Shown: positions 39,905-45,394 of the stretch, piece after piece | How the letters are laid out: every line of letters begins with the position of its first letter | How positions within the stretch are numbered: position 1 is the first letter of the stretch | Source: Elusimicrobiota bacterium | GTDB taxonomy: Bacteria; CG03; SLGR01; JBDRKX01 | Direction of reading: 5' to 3' | Assembly (NCBI GenBank): GCA_043813605.1 | Contig: JBDRKX010000023.1 | Location: 1-45,394 of the forward strand | DNA length: 45,394 bases | Made by a program: the position numbers and the translations under genes | The notes under the pieces: generated by a model | What the model was told of the DNA's origin: nothing | Seen by the model: only the letters and a program-made list of their open reading frames with translations | The model's database searches: none

Positions 39905-40509
39905 ATAAAGAAATAGTAAAGTCTCCGGAAATAATCACCCGGCAGAAAGAGATCATTGAAAAAATGCATGCAGGAGACACTTCACTCCCCCCCGAAGATA
40001 TTTTTTTTACTGCAGTGGCAGGAAATGCTCTCAAAAACTATAATTTGTGGCATCTTGAAGATGATGCGCGCATGACTGATGTATCTGATTCCCGGATAGC
40101 TGATATTAAGAGAAAAATAGATAAAGAAAATCAGAAGCGGAACGATTTTATTGAAAAGATAGATGAAGTCCTGCTGGATATTCTTTCGCATACCCCGGAG
40201 GATGGGAAAGCTGCATTACCTGTGAATTCCGAGACTCCCGGTTCAATAATCGACAGGATGTGTATTGCCGGCCTCAAGATATACCATATGGAAGAGGAGG
40301 TCCGAAGAGAAGATGCCGCTGATGACCACAGGAAAAAATGCAAAAACAAGCTTGAAATACTGGAGATCCAATTAGAAGACCTGGCTGCGGCTTTGGACTT
40401 GCTGATCGATGACCTTTTTCACTCAAGAAAGCAGCTGCGGGTTTACAGGCAGTTCAAGATGTATAACGATCCTGCCCTGAATCCATCCATATATGGAAAA
40501 AAAGATTAG
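39901..40509 (+). CDS. DUF4254-like protein
   Basis: LWHLED.AR, KR.ID..NQ.RND..E.ID, SETPGS.IDR..I..LK.YHM, YRQFKMYNDP.LNP. Confidence 0.8.
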   Translation: MNKEIVKSPEIITRQKEIIEKMHAGDTSLPPEDIFFTAVAGNALKNYNLWHLEDDARMTDVSDSRIADIKRKIDKENQKRNDFIEKIDEVLLDILSHTPEDGKAALPVNSETPGSIIDRMCIAGLKIYHMEEEVRREDAADDHRKKCKNKLEILEIQLEDLAAALDLLIDDLFHSRKQLRVYRQFKMYNDPALNPSIYGKKD

Positions 40510-41524
40510 AGGAAACGAAAAGATACTGATAGTCCAATTCAAACCGGCAGGAGATGTACTCCTTACGACCCCGGTGGCAAGATATCTTAAAGAAAAACTC
40601 CCTGATATAGAGGTGTATTTTCTTGCTAATGAGCAGTATTGCTCATTACTCAAAGGAAATCCCTACATAGCCAAAGTTATCCCGATCGGTGCTGCAAAGG
40701 GAAAAGGCTTTAAATATTTTCGTGAAAGGATCTCAGTTATAAAAAAGTTGAGAAATGAAAAAATTGATGTAGTACTGGATTATATAGGGCTCCCTTCATC
40801 GGCTATTATGGCTTTTCTAAGCGGTGCGAAATGGAGGGCCGGTTACCGGAAACACAGAGGAAGGAACCTGCTGTATAACATAAAAGCCGAACATGAACAT
40901 TCTGATAAGTATACCGTACTCGGTAAATATGACCTGTTGAAACCTTTCGGCATATTCGATGATGATCCATTGATCGGAACGGAACTCTTTATTCCGGATG
41001 ATGATACCGGATTTGCCGATGATCTGTTCAATTCTATGGGGATCAATGGCTGTTTTACCGTATTATTTTCACCGGGCAGTCCTAAATTGTTCAAAAAATG
41101 GCCGGCGGGCTGCTATTCCGATCTCGGGAAAAAACTTATCGATCAATATGGAGCAAAAATACTCATATTGTATGGTCCGTCAGAGAAAGGGTATTGCGAG
41201 AAGATCAGATCTGATATCGGATCCGATGCGCTGCTCCTGCCGGAGACTTCGCTTATGCAGGCGGCGGCTGTTATAAAAAAGGCCTCTCTATGTATCTTCA
41301 ACTGCGGCGGTATGAAACATATAAGTGTAGCAGTAGGCACACCTTCAGTAACGATTTTCGGCGGGACATCCCATATTAACTGGCATCCGCCGGGCCTCGA
41401 ATGGGCGGTCTTCCTGGAAGGCGATTATGCTGACGGAGACAGTACATTCGGGATCAACCCGGGAAATGTCATAAAAAAAATCGAAGTATTAATGGAAAAA
41501 GGGATACTCAGAAGACCTGCCTGA
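40493..41524 (+). CDS. GT9 glycosyltransferase
   Basis: GDVLLTTP, NPYI, KKWP, YGPSE, KH..VAVGTP.VTIFG.T...W.P. Confidence 0.87.
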   Translation: MEKKIRGNEKILIVQFKPAGDVLLTTPVARYLKEKLPDIEVYFLANEQYCSLLKGNPYIAKVIPIGAAKGKGFKYFRERISVIKKLRNEKIDVVLDYIGLPSSAIMAFLSGAKWRAGYRKHRGRNLLYNIKAEHEHSDKYTVLGKYDLLKPFGIFDDDPLIGTELFIPDDDTGFADDLFNSMGINGCFTVLFSPGSPKLFKKWPAGCYSDLGKKLIDQYGAKILILYGPSEKGYCEKIRSDIGSDALLLPETSLMQAAAVIKKASLCIFNCGGMKHISVAVGTPSVTIFGGTSHINWHPPGLEWAVFLEGDYADGDSTFGINPGNVIKKIEVLMEKGILRRPA

Positions 41525-41550
41525 CATTCTTTCACGAAGACAAAGCTTTA

Positions 41551-41858
41551 AACCCATTTATTGCAATAAAAGATGGAATTTGACGAAAAATATGCCATAT
41601 TTTCTACATCACAAGTTACCCTTCGGGATAACTTCCATAGGGGCAATGCCCCTCTGGCGTTCGCTAAAGCTCACTGTCACCCTTTTGGGGAAAATCAGAT
41701 TATTTTCCCCAAACCCCTTAATAATTGCATTAGAATCAAAATGATTGATGCAATTAAAAAGCTCGGCAATACTTACGAGTATTACCTCTCTTTTTTGTTG
41801 TGTATCATACAGCATCTTTCTCGTCTCGGTTCTACATCTCTATTCCAACAAATGGGTT
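41551..41858 (-). repeat. Rod-like palindromic element, copy 3 (inverted, with internal insertion)
   Basis: AACCCATTTATTGCAATAAAAGATG...CATCTCTATTCCAACAAATGGGTT; 308 bp = 164 + 144; flanked by TA on both sides. Confidence 0.88.
41615..41756 (+). repeat. Multi-hairpin cassette inserted into copy 3 (boundaries +/-2 bp)
   Basis: Absent from copies 1 and 2; hairpins AAGTTAcCC-TTCG-GGaTAACTT, AGGGGC-AAT-GCCCCT, TTTGGGGAAAAT/ATTTTCCCCAAA, TAATTGCAT/ATGCAATTA. Confidence 0.75.
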
Positions 41859-41925
41859 TAAACCCGGCATTTATACTTCCGTATTTATTTCTGTAAAAAG
41901 TAACAATCGATAGGATATTATACTG

Positions 41926-42669
41926 TCAGGGATTGAGTTTGCGGGGTACAGGATGGCAGACGGCAATAGCATCTATCTCGGACATGTCACCTTTATCATC
42001 AACGGTTTTGCCTTGAGGGAATCTGCGTATCATGACATAACGCCATATATTACCGTTGTTTGAGCCTATGTCGATCAGTATGCCTGACCCGTCGCTTATG
42101 TCTACAGAACCGTTTCCGTCAAGATCGGCGCCGGCGTAGAGATCAGGGCATAATATGCTGGTATTGGTTATTTCGCCATGGATCAGGTACCGGGTTCCTA
42201 TTGTCCCGTTATTGTTGTCGTTGTCATCGCCCCAGATAAAAACGGTCTTCCAGTCGGCATTTTCGGGATTGTTTTCGGGAATAGAGTAGGTTATATCAAT
42301 ACGGACATTATCAAGAAGTATACCCGGATTACTGTCTTTTCCTTTATCGTCGCCCCAGAGTTCGTAATAGATAATGTCGTAACCTTCTCCATCTTTAAAT
42401 TCTCCCATATCAAGCAAAAGCACCGATCCGGTTGAGACGCCGATAAAGGCTACCGCGCTGTCCGGTTCTCCGAGCGCATTTCCCGGTGTCTCTACATTTG
42501 ATGATTTTACTATTGATCTGGCGTAACTGCAGGTTTTGTATCCGGGTAAAGATATATGTTCGGATGCGTCTGTCACTGCATCTGCGTATTCCGGATCGGC
42601 TGAAGATACTGAGATAGCAAAGAAAATAGAAAGAAAAACAGCCGGTAATAATTTTTCTATATATGCCAT
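41926..42669 (-). CDS. Secreted hypothetical protein (acidic, beta-rich, possible Ca-binding loop)
   Basis: Signal peptide (LLPAVFLSIFFAISVSSA), NALGEPD motif, DLDGNGSVDISD loop; the only long ORF in this interval. Confidence 0.7.
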   Translation of the reverse strand: MAYIEKLLPAVFLSIFFAISVSSADPEYADAVTDASEHISLPGYKTCSYARSIVKSSNVETPGNALGEPDSAVAFIGVSTGSVLLLDMGEFKDGEGYDIIYYELWGDDKGKDSNPGILLDNVRIDITYSIPENNPENADWKTVFIWGDDNDNNNGTIGTRYLIHGEITNTSILCPDLYAGADLDGNGSVDISDGSGILIDIGSNNGNIWRYVMIRRFPQGKTVDDKGDMSEIDAIAVCHPVPRKLNP

Positions 42670-43041
42670 ATTCGTTTAATCACAGTTTAGAAAAAAAAAT
42701 CAGTTAAGGCAATATTAAAGATACAGATCATGTATAATCTCTTTTGAAAAAACCATTTAAAAAAGCTATTATAACGGTAAATGTATATGAAAGAATTCAG
42801 CGATCCTTTATATTGATCGGGCATTGGTTATATTTGTTGCTGCCGGATGCTCTTAAAGGATCATTTTATAGAAATATTTTCATAAGTTTAAATGAGTTAT
42901 TTCAGGTGGATTTATGCAAATACGGCATGTAGTATACATTAGTATCGCAGTCAATATGGTTAAAAACTTAATAATATACTTCAATCCAGGCGCCTGATAA
43001 GAAGCGTTCCATATGCAAAAAATAGAAAACGGAGAATTAAG

Positions 43042-43831
43042 ATGAAGAAAAAAATAGGGGAAGAGTATATAGAACTCACAAAGTATGAGAATATGCCCGT
43101 AAAAGTGCATGAAGTATTGAACAGGAAACCGCCGCCTGTGCGGATCGAATGCAGAGATGTAGAGAAGTTCACGGATCTGCCGGTACCTGAAAAGTTCTCT
43201 GATAACGGGATAAGTCTCAGGGATGCGATAAGCAGACGGCGGAGTTTCAGAGAGTATTCCGGTCAGCCTGTTACACAGGAGGAGTTATCATATCTATTAT
43301 GGGCAACACAGGGAATAAGGAAAATTGCAGTCGATAATTCGACTTTAAGGACGGTGCCTTCCGCCGGAGCATGTCATGAATTTGAGACTTTCATGCTCAT
43401 AAACAATGTTGCAAAACTTGAGAAGGGGCTCTACTGGTTTCTTGCCAGGGAACGAAAACTTGCAAAGATAAGGACCGGAGAAGATATCAGCAGGAGATTT
43501 ACCGATGCGTGTCTCGGACAGGAATTTGTAAATAAAAGCGCTGTTACATTCGCTTGGGTGGCAGTAGCTGAAAGGATGACATGGCGCTACGGACAGAGGG
43601 GGGTACAGGTATATCCAGATCGATGCGGGACACATATGTCAGAATCTATATCTTTCAGCTGAATCGATAAATGCCGGAGTATGTGCTGTAGCCGCTTTTT
43701 CGGATGACGCACTTTCAAGAATATTGAGAATAGACGGTATAGAGAAATTCGTGATATACCTGGCGGCGCTGGGCAAGAAAAAGGAATTACCCGCAAAAAC
43801 AGTCCATCCGGAAGGTATTCAGCAGGTGTGA
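43042..43831 (+). pseudogene. SagB/ThcOx-family nitroreductase/dehydrogenase, frameshifted at G6 run 43598-43603 (pseudogene or sequencing error)
   Basis: RRRSFREY, LSYLLWATQG, RTVPSAGA, WRYGQRG; continues in another frame as YRYIQIDAGHICQNLYL...CAVAAF.DD to TGA 43829-43831. Confidence 0.82.
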
Positions 43832-43885
43832 TTATTAGCATGCATGCCCGCCTGGATATAAGTCCAGGTAAACTATAAGACATCA

Positions 43886-45151
43886 ATGAAAATAGCAGTA
43901 ATAGCAGTAGGGTCCCGCGGAGATGTACAGCCTTTTATAGCGCTTGCCCTCGGGCTGAAAAAAGCCGGACATGAAGTCACTGTTGGTACCAACCTTGTGT
44001 TCAGGGATTTAGTTTCGTCCTATGGCCTTGATTTTACACGGGTGCGTCCTGATTCTCCAAAAGATTTTCTTGAAGGACGTGTAGGCCGGCTTTTTGCAAG
44101 CGGCAGCCCTGTGTTGTCTTTTCTGGCAGGATACTGGTTTTTTAAAGCGTTCGGCCCCATGCTGGGAGATATACTTGACGACTGTCTTGATGCGTGCCGC
44201 GGCCGCGATATGGTGGTCAATTCACTGGTTTCACCCGGGTACCAGGCAGCCCTGCTATTGGATATGCCGTGTGTAATGGCGGGACTGTGGCCGGCAAGCC
44301 ACACACGGGATTATCCGCATCCGATAGTGACATTCAGTTTCGGCGGCTGGTTTAATAGAATGACATATACTGTTACAGAAGGACTGATGTGGACGATTTT
44401 CAAACGCTATACTGATAAATGGACAAAAAAACACGGCAGCCGCCGGCTTTCTCTTAAAAAGGGAGTATTCTCAGATATAAGAAAAAAAGGATATCCATGG
44501 ATATTCGGTTTCAGCAATGAAGTACTTCCTAAACCTTCGGACTGGGCTGATAATCTTCACGTTACAGGGTACTGGTATCTTGGCGAGCCGGATGGATGGG
44601 AACCGCCTCTTGAGCTTGAAGAGTTCATTAAATCAGGCAGTCCGCCGGTATACATGGGGTTTGGAAGTATGGTCTGCCTTGAAAAAGAAAAACTTGTTGA
44701 AGCATTTGTTGAGGCATTGGAGATCACCGGTAGACGCGGTGTGCTGTTTTCCGGATGGAGCGGACTGGGAGAGAAACCGTTACCTGACAATATATACAGG
44801 ACAGGGCCTGTCCCTCACATCTGGCTTTTCCCTAAAATGGCTGCAGTTATACACCATGGAGGTTCGCAGACAACTGCGGCGTCCATGCAGGCGGGTATAC
44901 CCCAATTGATAATACCTTTTCTTGCTGACCAGTTCTCCTGGGGCAGGTATGTTCAGAAAACCCGAATAGGCCCTGAACCTATACCGAAAAGCAGGCTGAA
45001 CGGAAGGAACCTGGCGGAAGCGGTCAGAACAATGCTGACAGATGAAGAAATGCGCCGGAATACAAAGGAAATGGCTGAAAGATTGTCATTAGAGAACGGG
45101 GTAAAAAAGGCAGTAAGTATAATAGAACAATTCGCATCAGTGATCACATGA
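43886..45151 (+). CDS. GT1 glycosyltransferase (sterol 3-beta-glucosyltransferase-like, GT28 N-domain)
   Basis: GSRGDVQPFIALA, VTGYW, PVYMGFGSM, VPH.WLFP, HHGG..TT, PF.ADQ..WG. Confidence 0.9.
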   Translation: MKIAVIAVGSRGDVQPFIALALGLKKAGHEVTVGTNLVFRDLVSSYGLDFTRVRPDSPKDFLEGRVGRLFASGSPVLSFLAGYWFFKAFGPMLGDILDDCLDACRGRDMVVNSLVSPGYQAALLLDMPCVMAGLWPASHTRDYPHPIVTFSFGGWFNRMTYTVTEGLMWTIFKRYTDKWTKKHGSRRLSLKKGVFSDIRKKGYPWIFGFSNEVLPKPSDWADNLHVTGYWYLGEPDGWEPPLELEEFIKSGSPPVYMGFGSMVCLEKEKLVEAFVEALEITGRRGVLFSGWSGLGEKPLPDNIYRTGPVPHIWLFPKMAAVIHHGGSQTTAASMQAGIPQLIIPFLADQFSWGRYVQKTRIGPEPIPKSRLNGRNLAEAVRTMLTDEEMRRNTKEMAERLSLENGVKKAVSIIEQFASVIT

Positions 45152-45322
45152 ATATTATGAATTATAATTCCAAAGTGATGGAAGTTATTATATAGATATT
45201 ATGTGCGGATGGAGTCTGCAAGGGGGGGGGGTATTCCATTCTTCATTATTCGTGATCCTGTCAACTCATGCAAGAATGTAACTTTAGTAAAGCGCGTTTT
45301 TTGAAAAATAAATATCATGTTT

Positions 45323-45394
45323 TTAATCCTTGAGATCATTAATATTGGTTGCCAATTTAAAGATTTTATCAAGTTCTTTCAACTTTTTTGGATC
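45323..45394 (-). CDS. Possible 3' end of a minus-strand gene entering from beyond the window
   Basis: Open frame DPKKLKELDKIFKLATNINDLKD-stop to the window edge; too short to identify. Confidence 0.25.
   Translation of the reverse strand, partial: DPKKLKELDKIFKLATNINDLKD

Noticed and set aside
41551..41896. Copy 3 as an autonomous IS with a 107-aa transposase
   Set aside because: No DDE or HUH motifs; the ORF is just the repeat plus hairpin insert read through
42670..43041. Short ORFs or ncRNA in the AT-rich divergent gap
   Set aside because: Overlapping 62-76 aa ORFs on both strands lack motifs; best read as a divergent promoter region
43042..43831. SagB-like gene as part of a RiPP/TOMM cluster
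   Set aside because: No YcaO, precursor peptide or transporter nearby; stand-alone members of this family are common
43849..43868. CCTGGA-tataag-TCCAGG hairpin as a terminator
   Set aside because: Short stem with no U-tract; insufficient support
45222..45231. Poly-G tract as a phase-variation switch
   Set aside because: Lies downstream of the GT1 gene and not within an identifiable ORF or promoter; run length is unreliable given other homopolymer anomalies

Overview
Gene-dense, mostly + strand housekeeping chromosome segment from a diderm (LPS-making), probably anaerobic bacterium; taxonomy cannot be fixed from the sequence alone. In order it carries: a partial-TCA/acetate operon (Re-citrate-synthase-like enzyme with C-terminal Cache-like domain, malic enzyme, aconitase, two-subunit Fe-S fumarase, ndk, ackA); rpmF-plsX-fabD-fabG-acpP-fabF-rnc (no fabH); acyl-CoA dehydrogenase-etfB-etfA (ferredoxin-fused); a SpoIID/LytB gene and queA-tgt-(orphan)-yajC-secD-secF; a split B12 methionine synthase; a large LPS core/lipid A cluster including an LpxL-GmhB fusion; a secreted hypothetical protein, a frameshifted SagB-type nitroreductase and a GT1 glycosyltransferase. 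The most unusual signal is non-coding. A dispersed 164-bp element occurs three times (13380-13543, 30437-30600, inverted at 41551-41858). It folds into one strand-specific rod with pairing-preserving substitutions and is always sense to the gene upstream. The third copy is interrupted by a ~142-bp multi-hairpin cassette. A separate nested GGGACA...TGTCCC palindrome sits at 5895-5978. No rRNA, tRNA, CRISPR array or transposase was recognised.
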